A stretch of DNA of 28,293 nucleotides from Minisyncoccota bacterium (lineage in GTDB: Bacteria > Patescibacteriota > Minisyncoccia > Phycocordibacterales > UBA9973). Both the position numbers and the translations under genes were made by a program. The stretch covers positions 1 through 28,293 of the forward strand of contig JAMIGL010000023.1 of the NCBI GenBank assembly GCA_035905735.1, read 5' to 3'. This document shows positions 1 through 8,737 of this stretch, piece by piece (the first letter of the stretch is position 1; the number at the start of each line of letters is the position of its first letter). The notes under the pieces are model-generated. The model was not told the origin of the DNA, did no database searches, and saw only the letters and a list, made by a program, of their open reading frames with translations.

Positions 1-1271
1 CGATGTGTCGGAACCGTCACTACCGGCAATGTGTATACCTTGAGAAACTCTTCTTCGCTTGTTTTTGCAGTACCGGTCATTCCAGAGAGTTTCTTGTAAA
101 ATTTAAAGTAGTTTTGGTATGTAATAGAAGCAACAGACCGGCTTTCTTGTTCGATTTTTACCCCTTCTTTTGCCTCAATCGCCTGATGAAGCCCTTCGCT
201 CCATCGTCGCCCCGGCTGCATACGGCCGGTAAACGGATCAACAATGATGACTTCGCCATCCTTGATTACATAATCCTTGTCTTTGGTATATAACGCTCGT
301 GCACGGATGGCAGTTTCAAGATAGTGAACATATTTGATACCTTCCTGGGTGTACATGTCCTTGATACCAAGAAGTTGCTCAGATTTGGTAATACCATCAT
401 CAGTAAGCTGAATCGCCTTGAGCTTCTCATCAACGGTATAGTCCGTACCGGGAACAAGTCCGGCAACGACTTTTGTGATTGTTTTGTACAGTGATTCAGA
501 ATCAGCAATCGGCGATGAAATGATAAGCGGTGTGCGACTTTCGTCGATCAAGATAGAGTCGACTTCATCCACCACAACAAACGCATGGCCGCGCTGCACG
601 ATATCGTCTTTGGTGGAGACAAGGTTATCACGAAGATAATCAAACCCAAACTGACTGTTGGTACCATAAGTAATGTCTGCAGCGTATGCTTCCTTGCGAG
701 ACACCGGCCGCATCAATTCTTTTTCAATCTTGAACACCCCTTCGCTACTGGTTGTCTCAACTTCTATCTCATGTGTCGGATCAAATACAAATGACTTTTG
801 CTGATCATTGACGACACCGACTGACAAACCAAGGAAGCTATAGATGGCGCCCATCCATGTTGCATCGCGGCGCGCAAGATAGTCGTTCACCGTCACCACA
901 TGCACTCCTTCTCCGGTGAGTGCATTGAGATAGACCGGAAGTGTTGCCATCAAGGTCTTACCTTCACCGGTTCGCATCTCTGCTATCTTGCCATCATGGA
1001 GCACCATACCACCTATCAGCTGCACATCGTAATGACGCTTACCTGTAACACGCTTTGATGCTTCACGCACGAGTGCGAATGCACGAGGAAGCAATGCTTC
1101 GAGTGATTCACCTTCGGCATATCGAGCCTTGAGCAATGCTGTTTCTCCAGGAAACTGCCCATCAGTCAAAAGACCGATTTCTGCCTCAAGTTCATTGACC
1201 TTTCGAACCAATACCTCGTACTTCTTGAGCTGTCCTTTGTCAAATAATGACTGGATAAATGAAAATGCCAT
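1..1271 (-). CDS. secA: Preprotein translocase subunit SecA, 5' part (runs off the window start; absent from the ORF track)
   Basis: Translation from ATG at 1271 gives [19 protein letters not shown]...[29 protein letters not shown]...[15 protein letters not shown], containing the SecA Walker A motif and DEAD-motor motifs. Confidence 0.97.
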   Translation of the reverse strand, partial: MAFSFIQSLFDKGQLKKYEVLVRKVNELEAEIGLLTDGQFPGETALLKARYAEGESLEALLPRAFALVREASKRVTGKRHYDVQLIGGMVLHDGKIAEMRTGEGKTLMATLPVYLNALTGEGVHVVTVNDYLARRDATWMGAIYSFLGLSVGVVNDQQKSFVFDPTHEIEVETTSSEGVFKIEKELMRPVSRKEAYAADITYGTNSQFGFDYLRDNLVSTKDDIVQRGHAFVVVDEVDSILIDESRTPLIISSPIADSESLYKTITKVVAGLVPGTDYTVDEKLKAIQLTDDGITKSEQLLGIKDMYTQEGIKYVHYLETAIRARALYTKDKDYVIKDGEVIIVDPFTGRMQPGRRWSEGLHQAIEAKEGVKIEQESRSVASITYQNYFKFYKKLSGMTGTAKTSEEEFLKVYTLPVVTVPTH

Positions 1272-1279
1272 AGAAGTGC

Positions 1280-1288
1280 ATACTAGCA
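1280..1288 (-). promoter_or_regulatory. Extended -10 element (TGc-TAGTAT) 8 nt upstream of the secA ATG
   Basis: Minus strand reads gTGcTAGTATgcacttctATG. Confidence 0.55.
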
Positions 1289-1309
1289 CAAAAGCCCTCG
1301 CTCCGAAAG

Positions 1310-1341
1310 CACAAAACCGCCCCCTGTCGGACGGTTTTGTG
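1310..1341 (-). terminator. Stem-loop terminator downstream of the H1-like peptide gene
   Basis: CACAAAACCG...CGGTTTTGTG inverted repeat. Confidence 0.6.
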
Positions 1342-1368
1342 TAAGTGGAAAGAGAGTGAGGAGAAGAA

Positions 1369-1476
1369 TTATTTCTTCTTTTTAGCAACCTTCTTTTTTG
1401 CTGCCTTCTTTGCAACCTTTTTCTTGGCTACCTTCTTTGCAACTTTCTTTTTAGCTACTTTCTTTTTTGCTGCCAT
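1369..1476 (-). CDS. 35-aa histone H1-like / protamine-like Lys-Ala-Val repeat peptide ([35 protein letters not shown])
   Basis: Open frame from ATG 1476 to TAA 1369. It has 20 Lys, and synonymous codons vary between repeats. It has its own promoter and terminator and is below the ORF-track size cut-off. Confidence 0.85.
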   Translation of the reverse strand: MAAKKKVAKKKVAKKVAKKKVAKKAAKKKVAKKKK

Positions 1477-1563
1477 AAAATGAATGTTTTAATCTTGATA
1501 ATACTTCTGTGATGATCGACCACATTGTTTGTGATTGAACGCGTTACCACCACATGTACATTC

Positions 1564-1592
1564 ATTATCTCGCATGCGCATCACGCATGCAA
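1564..1592 (-). promoter_or_regulatory. sigma70-type promoter TTGCAT-17-GATAAT for the H1-like peptide, with a GCATGCG-N5-CGCATGC inverted repeat over the spacer and -35
   Basis: Hexamers at 1587-1592 and 1564-1569, inverted repeat at 1572-1590, AT-rich upstream region. Confidence 0.6.
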
Positions 1593-1609
1593 TATTTTTT
1601 TTATAAAAC

Positions 1610-1618
1610 TGTGGATAA
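1610..1618 (-). promoter_or_regulatory. DnaA box (TTATCCACA)
   Basis: Perfect 9-mer consensus, read as TGTGGATAA on the plus strand, in an AT-rich intergenic region. Single copy. Confidence 0.45.
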
Positions 1619-1750
1619 CTATGCAAAATTTTTTTCTTACTTTTTATAAATGCAATCAATTTGCGTTTATAAAATAACACTCATAAAAATATGATGAAAC
1701 CAAAGGATTTTGCGATATCATCCATAAAATAATTGCATATGTATACAAAA

Positions 1751-1782
1751 GAAAAATCTTCGCGATACAGCGAAGATTTTTC
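1751..1782 (-). terminator. Intrinsic terminator of rnpB
   Basis: GAAAAATCTTCGC/GCGAAGATTTTTC 13-bp inverted repeat followed by a T-run on the minus strand. Confidence 0.8.
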
Positions 1783-1788
1783 ATATTT

Positions 1789-2102
1789 GTTGTACTCGTA
1801 AGCCGAATTCTGTTCTCACGATCATTTATCTAGCTCCTCAATTACTTTCGGAGTCAAGCGGCACTCTGACTTTCATCAGCACGACCTTGCACAGAAGTAA
1901 GGATTTAGCCGTTTCATTTCTCTTGTTACCAAGAAAACTTATCCTGAAGGATACCTCTGCATTTCTGCTCGGGCGTCTCTGTTCGCACCTCGGAGCTTGC
2001 GCTCGACGGGTATTACCCGCTACCCTGCTGCACCATTACTGATGCCTGTGTTCGGACTTTCCTCACCTACTCTTACGAATAAGCGCGATCGTTCGGTACA
2101 AC
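1789..2102 (-). ncRNA. rnpB: RNase P RNA
   Basis: Universal motifs GAGGAAAGUCCGAAC and ACAGAAUUCGGCUUA (P4 pseudoknot); P1 GUUGUAC/GUACAAC; P2 ACGAUCG/UGAUCGU; P8/P9 hairpins; AACAGAGA and UGAAACGG conserved regions. Confidence 0.96.
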
Positions 2103-2108
2103 ACTCCT

Positions 2109-2136
2109 ATTATGCACATACAAAAACCCCTGGCAA
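2109..2136 (-). promoter_or_regulatory. rnpB promoter TTGCCA-16-CATAAT; the -35 lies inside the nrdA terminator hairpin
   Basis: -10 at 2109-2114 lies 6 nt before the P1 5' end; -35 at 2131-2136. Confidence 0.65.
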
Positions 2137-2151
2137 TGCCAGGGGTTTTTG
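2121..2151 (-). terminator. Intrinsic terminator of nrdBA
   Basis: CAAAAACCCCTGGC-aat-GCCAGGGGTTTTTG perfect 14-bp inverted repeat. Confidence 0.85.
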
Positions 2152-2162
2152 TGAACTAATTT

Positions 2163-3887
2163 TTACGCCTCACAGTTTAAACACATGGTATCCTCGCTCA
2201 GAATCGTTACTTTTGGCTTCTTGGATTCTTGCTCCTGGAGCTTCTTGCGGCCGAATTGCTGTGCGGCATTCATCGAGTGCTGGTAGTACAAAGTCTTGAT
2301 ACCTTTCTCCCATGCATACAGATACAGCGCATTGAGATCCTTGGTTGCAATCGCCGGGTCAATCATGATATTGAGCGACTGTGCCTGATCAATGTATTTT
2401 TGACGATCAGCAGCTTGTTCGATGATGACCTTCTGATCGATTTCACTGAAAGTCCTGAAGACATTCTTTTCATGTGTAGTGAGAAAGTCGAGGTGCTGCA
2501 CCGACCCGTCATTATCACGAATACTGTTCCACACATTGACTGTGTTTTGTCCTTTCTCATCGAGAAGCTTTTCAAGGATAGGATTCTTGAGCGTTACCTT
2601 CATCTTGTCCACATCTTTCACGAAAATATTGGACATGAGCGGCTCAATACCCTGAGAAACTTGTCCCAAAATAAATGCAGAAGAAGTTGTCGGCGCGATG
2701 GCAAGAAGTGTCGTATTGCGACGACCATACCCCTTGAGGACTTCTGGTTCGCCGTATTGTTGAGCCATGTCAGCGGATGCCTTGTATGCCCTTTCTTTGA
2801 TGAGTGTGAAAATTTCGTTATTCAACACTGACGCTTCGGCACTTTCAAACGCAATATTGTTCTCCTGAAGAAACGAATGCCAGCCAAGAACTCCGAGACC
2901 AAGCGCGCGATGCTCTTTGGCAAACTTATGTGCACGCTGCATGAAGTAAAATGCCGACTGTTTCTGCATATCCTCACTATCACGGAAACCTTCAAGCCGC
3001 TCCACAAACTCCCCGATCACCGTATCAAGAAACATCGTCAACGTTTCAACGGCATCAGTGTCTTTCCATTCGTGATAATGCCGAAGGTTTATCGAAGAAA
3101 GACAACAGACAAACGAAAGTTCATCATTCGTCGGGAGACAGATTTCGGAACACAGGTTGCTACCATGAATACGCATACCCTTGTCCTTGTACACATCAAC
3201 AGTGTTGTTGTTGACAGTATCACTAAACAGAATATACGGGTACCCAATCTCAGTACGGCGCTGAATGACCTTTGCCCAAATCTTGCGCTTGTCTTGATCA
3301 CCTTCGACCATAGCCTTGAGCCATTCATCACCTACCGTCACCGCATATGTCGACTCTTGAATCGGATGACCTTCCTTGCCGATATTCAAGAATTCTTCGA
3401 TGTCCCCGTGCTCAAGAGGAAGATAGGGCGCGCAGTGACCACGACGAACAGTACCCTGACTGACAATATTAATAAGCTCATCAAAAAGCTCCATAAAGTG
3501 AACAGACCCGGACGAATGACCATTACCCTTGATTTCAGATCCGCGGGGACGAAGATCTCCAAAATATGCCGATGTACCTCCTCCATATTTTGTCATCATT
3601 CCGACCTCTGCATGAGTGTAAAGAATCCGAGACATATCATCCGCAACATAACTTCCGAAACAACTGATGGGAAGCCCTCGAGTTTGGCCATAGTTTGCCC
3701 AAATAGGAGTCGCAAGCGAGTAATACCCCTTTGACATATAGTCATAAAATTTATCAGCAAAGCCAGGCTTCTGAAGGCGTCGCTCCGCGTTCTCTGCAAT
3801 TTCACGAATGCGCTCCTCTGCACTCTGCCCATTCATAAGGTATCCTTTTGCCAAAAATTTTCTACTGTTTTCGTTTAACCAATACAT
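2163..3887 (-). CDS. nrdA: Class I ribonucleotide reductase alpha subunit, short form without an ATP-cone (NrdAi-like)
   Basis: LPISCF, SNLCSEI (N-C-E active site), APTTSSA, TLYY tyrosine pair and C-terminal CLNC; 574 aa. Confidence 0.95.
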   Translation of the reverse strand: MYWLNENSRKFLAKGYLMNGQSAEERIREIAENAERRLQKPGFADKFYDYMSKGYYSLATPIWANYGQTRGLPISCFGSYVADDMSRILYTHAEVGMMTKYGGGTSAYFGDLRPRGSEIKGNGHSSGSVHFMELFDELINIVSQGTVRRGHCAPYLPLEHGDIEEFLNIGKEGHPIQESTYAVTVGDEWLKAMVEGDQDKRKIWAKVIQRRTEIGYPYILFSDTVNNNTVDVYKDKGMRIHGSNLCSEICLPTNDELSFVCCLSSINLRHYHEWKDTDAVETLTMFLDTVIGEFVERLEGFRDSEDMQKQSAFYFMQRAHKFAKEHRALGLGVLGWHSFLQENNIAFESAEASVLNNEIFTLIKERAYKASADMAQQYGEPEVLKGYGRRNTTLLAIAPTTSSAFILGQVSQGIEPLMSNIFVKDVDKMKVTLKNPILEKLLDEKGQNTVNVWNSIRDNDGSVQHLDFLTTHEKNVFRTFSEIDQKVIIEQAADRQKYIDQAQSLNIMIDPAIATKDLNALYLYAWEKGIKTLYYQHSMNAAQQFGRKKLQEQESKKPKVTILSEDTMCLNCEA

Positions 3888-3920
3888 ACTATTTCTTGAA
3901 TTATTTAATAAAACCTTATG

Positions 3921-5192
3921 TTAGAACAGATCATCACTCGTAATACTCTTGCCTTTTTTGTTATAGTTGATGGATTTCTTGTTAAAGAAGTCTCCATGTT
4001 TTGTCCCAATAACTTCATCATAAAACCATTCTGACTCCTTCAAGAGTGCGTCATCCGTAGTGAATATCTTGCGAATACCAATGCTTTGGAGCGAGTTATT
4101 GAATCGCTGCTTGATGAATTCGATAACAACGGCTTTGGAAAGGAACTCAAGCTCACCTTTTTCAAAAATCCAATCGACAACCTGCTGTTCGGACTCAAAT
4201 GCTTCCTCACACAACCTAATCACTTCTTCTTCAAATGCAGCATCAAACCATTCAGGATGCTCTTGTTTGATAATGTTAATTAGATCAATACCAAAGAGTC
4301 CATGGATCTGCTCTTCTTTCGACGTTGCCTCAACCGCATTTGATATCCCTTTGAACAAATTTTTATACTTGTTAAAGGACATAATGATCAAAAACTGGGA
4401 GAACAGTGATACATGCTCGATAAACAACGAGAACAATAGTACCGACTGGCTGTATTCCTTGTTGTCTTCACTGCGGGCGTTAGTGAGGGACTTTTCGAGA
4501 TAGTTGACACGTTTCATTAATACAGGAATCTCTCCAATCGAATTGAACACTTCATTGAGTCCCAATATTTCAAGAAGGTGTGAGTATGCATCGGTATGCC
4601 GCACCTCACTTTCTGCAAAGGTAGATCCAACCGCACCCACCTCAGGTTTCGGGATCTTTTTGTACATGTCACCCCAAAATGTTTTTACGGCGACTTCAAT
4701 CTGCGCGATTGCGAGCATTGCATTCCTGATGGCATTTCGCTCTTTTTCGTCGACATTTACCTTAAAATTCTGTACGTCACCGACAAAGTTAAACTCAGTG
4801 TGAATCCAGTAGGAATGACGGATAGCACTGACATACTCATAGAGCTCAGGATATTCGTACGGTTTGAGATAGACACGCTTTTTAAAGATATCTCGCTTGC
4901 GCTCTTTGGTACGCTGTTCACGATATAGAATGTACGCTTTTGCAACCTCAAAATCTCCCCGTGCCGCGATTTCTCGTTCAACAATGTTCTGAATCGACTC
5001 AACATCAGGAACCACACCTTCTCCATAGGTACTCTCCACCGATGCAATCACCCGATCAGCAACTTCAGAAAGCGCCACCTGGTCAATCGGAGTATGTACT
5101 GCTTGATATGCTTTAGAAATGGCTGTTTCGATACGAGTTCGATCAAATGCCACCACCGAACCGCTTCGTTTTTTGACGAGATTGATTACCAT
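3921..5192 (-). CDS. nrdB: Class I ribonucleotide reductase beta subunit with an N-terminal ATP-cone (NrdBi / class Id-like)
   Basis: N-terminal VKKRSGSVVAFDRTRI...VESIQNIVE...AKAYILYR ATP-cone. Ferritin-like ligand motifs IAQIEVAVK, ESEVRHTDAY, FIEHVSLFSQF and KEEQIH. Confidence 0.95.
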   Translation of the reverse strand: MVINLVKKRSGSVVAFDRTRIETAISKAYQAVHTPIDQVALSEVADRVIASVESTYGEGVVPDVESIQNIVEREIAARGDFEVAKAYILYREQRTKERKRDIFKKRVYLKPYEYPELYEYVSAIRHSYWIHTEFNFVGDVQNFKVNVDEKERNAIRNAMLAIAQIEVAVKTFWGDMYKKIPKPEVGAVGSTFAESEVRHTDAYSHLLEILGLNEVFNSIGEIPVLMKRVNYLEKSLTNARSEDNKEYSQSVLLFSLFIEHVSLFSQFLIIMSFNKYKNLFKGISNAVEATSKEEQIHGLFGIDLINIIKQEHPEWFDAAFEEEVIRLCEEAFESEQQVVDWIFEKGELEFLSKAVVIEFIKQRFNNSLQSIGIRKIFTTDDALLKESEWFYDEVIGTKHGDFFNKKSINYNKKGKSITSDDLF

Positions 5193-5240
5193 AGATACTC
5201 TATATTTCCACTTACTAATAAAAAAGTATGTTCATTATAC

Positions 5241-5280
5241 AAAAAAAATTCTCCCAACAAGAATCTTGTGCGGAGAATTT
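5241..5280 (-). terminator. Intrinsic terminator, probable end of the 16S-DUF192 transcript; TATAAT at 5234-5239 follows directly
   Basis: AAATTCTCC...GGAGAATTT stem with an inner ACAAGA/TCTTGT extension, then a T8 run on the minus strand. Confidence 0.65.
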
Positions 5281-5377
5281 GAGTAATGAAAATGAATTTG
5301 GTTGATTGTAAAGACGAGTGTTCACAGACCATTATGCGACAGTCTTTTTGATGCGTCATAAAAAAATTTTTCAAGTA

Positions 5378-5866
5378 TTATTCAAGAGAGAATTTGAGAC
5401 CTTCTGTGATGCCGAGCTCTTGTGCCTGCCCCGCTGCGATTTCAAGTACATATTTCACCGGAGAAGGCGGGTACCAAACGTCGGGATAACTTTCCGGGGT
5501 GACAAATAAGGCACTACCGACAACCCTCATCGAGTCATCAATCCATATGATATCAATAGGGTATGCCATGTCTTTCATCCAAAAACCATGAAATGCGGAT
5601 GTTTCAAATACAAATAACTTGCCAGTACCCGTCGGAAGTGACAAGGTGCCAGAAAGTCCTACAATACGCTCCTCCTCTGTATCTGCAATACTAACAGGGA
5701 TAATTACTTCGCCATTTAACATAATGAACCTTCCCGACTCAGGTCTATCAACCTTCGCTGGGTCAACCTTACCTTTGGTAAGAACGGCAAAGAGCACTCC
5801 AAAGAGTGCTCCTGTGACCAGTAGTATGAAAATTGCAGTACGAATGCGTGTATCCTTGATAACCAT
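5378..5866 (-). CDS. DUF192 family protein with an N-terminal membrane anchor
   Basis: IADTEEERIVGLSG...GKLFVF...FWMKDMAYPIDIIWID...KYVLEIAAG matches the DUF192/COG1430 pattern. Confidence 0.88.
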   Translation of the reverse strand: MVIKDTRIRTAIFILLVTGALFGVLFAVLTKGKVDPAKVDRPESGRFIMLNGEVIIPVSIADTEEERIVGLSGTLSLPTGTGKLFVFETSAFHGFWMKDMAYPIDIIWIDDSMRVVGSALFVTPESYPDVWYPPSPVKYVLEIAAGQAQELGITEGLKFSLE

Positions 5867-5867
5867 G

Positions 5868-5905
5868 TTATTTGAGCAAAATCAGCTTTATTTTGCCTCG
5901 ATCTA
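5868..5905 (-). other. 3' arm of the pre-16S processing stem
   Basis: UAGAUCGAGGCAAAAUAAAGCUGAUUUU (5878-5905) is complementary to leader 7705-7732, and CUCAAAUAA (5868-5876) to leader 7742-7750. Confidence 0.75.
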
Positions 5906-6065
5906 CCAATCATATGCTCTATAGATACACACGATTGGATTTGCGCACGCTAACCCTTGTGCAGGGAGTGAATATTGAGTCATTCACCACAACCTTTTTC
6001 GATTTACATCGAATCAACCGTATCAATCTATATAATATCCCGAAGGATACGATATAGACATCTCA

Positions 6066-7680
<1,615 letters not shown>

Positions 7681-7704
7681 AGACACTTATAAATAAGTAT
7701 GTCT

Positions 7705-7750
7705 TAGACCGAGGCAAAAGAAAGATGACTTTCAGTTGCCTCTCAAATAA
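7705..7750 (-). other. 5' arm of the pre-16S processing stem
   Basis: Pairs with 5868-5905: about 28 bp with two mismatches, plus a separate 9-bp helix. Confidence 0.75.
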
Positions 7751-7794
7751 AATAAACAGGTTATTTTGGATTGTTTTGCATTACGTACTATACA

Positions 7795-7808
7795 ATTTTC
7801 AAACAACT
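7795..7808 (-). promoter_or_regulatory. boxA antitermination-like site in the rRNA leader
   Basis: AGTTGTTTGAAAAT resembles the Firmicutes-type boxA (GTTCTTTGAAAA). It is preceded by a small GCTC...GAGC hairpin, and nusB is present in the window. Confidence 0.55.
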
Positions 7809-7832
7809 TGCTCGAACTTGTGAGCGACCCCT

Positions 7833-7860
7833 ATTATATACGGCAAGGATTGAAAGTCAA
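7833..7860 (-). promoter_or_regulatory. rRNA promoter TTGACT-16-TATAAT
   Basis: Near-consensus hexamers with the 16-bp spacer typical of rrn promoters, about 150 nt upstream of the 16S 5' end. Confidence 0.85.
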
Positions 7861-7866
7861 GCAATA

Positions 7867-7899
7867 GAAAAAGCCCAATTTCTAAGGGAAATTGGGCTT
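7867..7899 (-). terminator. Intrinsic terminator of the 7916-8458 ORFan
   Basis: AAGCCCAATTTC/GAAATTGGGCTT 12-bp inverted repeat with a T-run on the minus strand. Confidence 0.8.
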
Positions 7900-7915
7900 A
7901 AAATAAAGGTTTTTC

Positions 7916-8458
7916 TTAATACACAGATACAGCAGTTCTTTGAGGCATTTCAACCGGACCAGTAGTACTTTTCAAGGCAATAATGTCTTCAAGGATATCA
8001 ATACTAAACGGGGCACTTTGATGGAAGAAAAAGAGGGTAGCTCCACGTCCATCCATAATGGATTTGGTATGCCTGTTTATTTTCCAGGGCCATGGAAAGT
8101 CAGCGGATTGATGTTCATCAATCAAATCTTTCAACATGTTGCGTTGACTATATTCATTCATCTGCCCAAGGAATCCGAGGACTCTTTTAGGAAATCCATC
8201 TTTTTTATCTTGTATACCAGCTTTTAAAAGTTTGAATACTTGATTTCCAAGTTTTTGATTTCTAAAACTAACCAATGTATCACCTTTGCTGTTTAACACT
8301 TTGAAATAATCCAAACCATTACGCTTGGTTATCCCTTTGGTTGGATCATCGAATATATGCAACCTATTCCAGTAGGTATACAACAATACTTCAAGGCAGT
8401 TTTTTACTTTTCCTTCAGAAAGGACATTCGTTGAAGAAACTTTTTCAATTTGTTTCAT
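7916..8458 (-). CDS. Hypothetical protein (AT-rich ORFan, ~180 aa; start placed at MKQIEK)
   Basis: Long open frame in an AT-rich background, followed by a terminator. No recognisable motif. Confidence 0.65.
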   Translation of the reverse strand: MKQIEKVSSTNVLSEGKVKNCLEVLLYTYWNRLHIFDDPTKGITKRNGLDYFKVLNSKGDTLVSFRNQKLGNQVFKLLKAGIQDKKDGFPKRVLGFLGQMNEYSQRNMLKDLIDEHQSADFPWPWKINRHTKSIMDGRGATLFFFHQSAPFSIDILEDIIALKSTTGPVEMPQRTAVSVY

Positions 8459-8535
8459 AAAAAGAGTTTTTTTGTTTGAAAGTAAAATATCACATATTTT
8501 AAAAAAGTAAAGCACCCTGATGTAGAGTGCTTATG

Positions 8536-8649
8536 TTACATATTTTCCAATTTCTCTGACCTATATCTAGCCCGAAATACGATAATTCCTTCATACATAT
8601 ACAAAAAGAAAAATGTAACTTCCTTACAAAAACTCCATATCTTTTTCAT
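8536..8649 (-). CDS. Possible 37-aa small ORF (MKKIWSFVRKLHFSFCICMKELSVFRARYRSEKLENM)
   Basis: ATG-to-TAA frame followed directly by an AAGCACUC/GGGUGCUU hairpin plus U-rich tract (8501-8532). No homology evidence. Confidence 0.25.
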   Translation of the reverse strand: MKKIWSFCKEVTFFFLYMYEGIIVFRARYRSEKLENM

Positions 8650-8737
8650 ATCAGTAGTGTTTGTTTCAGTAAACTCCTATTTTCAGAGAAAATCAACTAG
8701 GATTCCTCAAAAAATAATTTGGTTCTCAATTTAAATA

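Noticed and set aside
1489-1750. 63-aa ORF, and the idea that this region is oriC
   Set aside because: The ORF looks like translated AT-rich promoter DNA. One DnaA box with no dnaA/dnaN nearby is not enough to call an origin.
2229-3734. Long plus-strand ORFs (200 aa, 285 aa) opposite nrdA, and similar antisense or alternate-frame ORFs over secA, nrdB, smc, thrS, rnr and the ribosomal protein genes
   Set aside because: They fully overlap well-supported genes and have no motifs; these are shadow frames.
5193-5377. NrdR boxes or a riboswitch upstream of nrdB
   Set aside because: No match to the acaCwAtATaTwGtgt consensus and no recognisable aptamer. The main structure is explained as a terminator.
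5906-6060. Possible tRNA or 5S rRNA in the 16S trailer
   Set aside because: Only small hairpins (including a UUCG-capped one at ~6026-6060); no cloverleaf, T-loop or 5S motifs.
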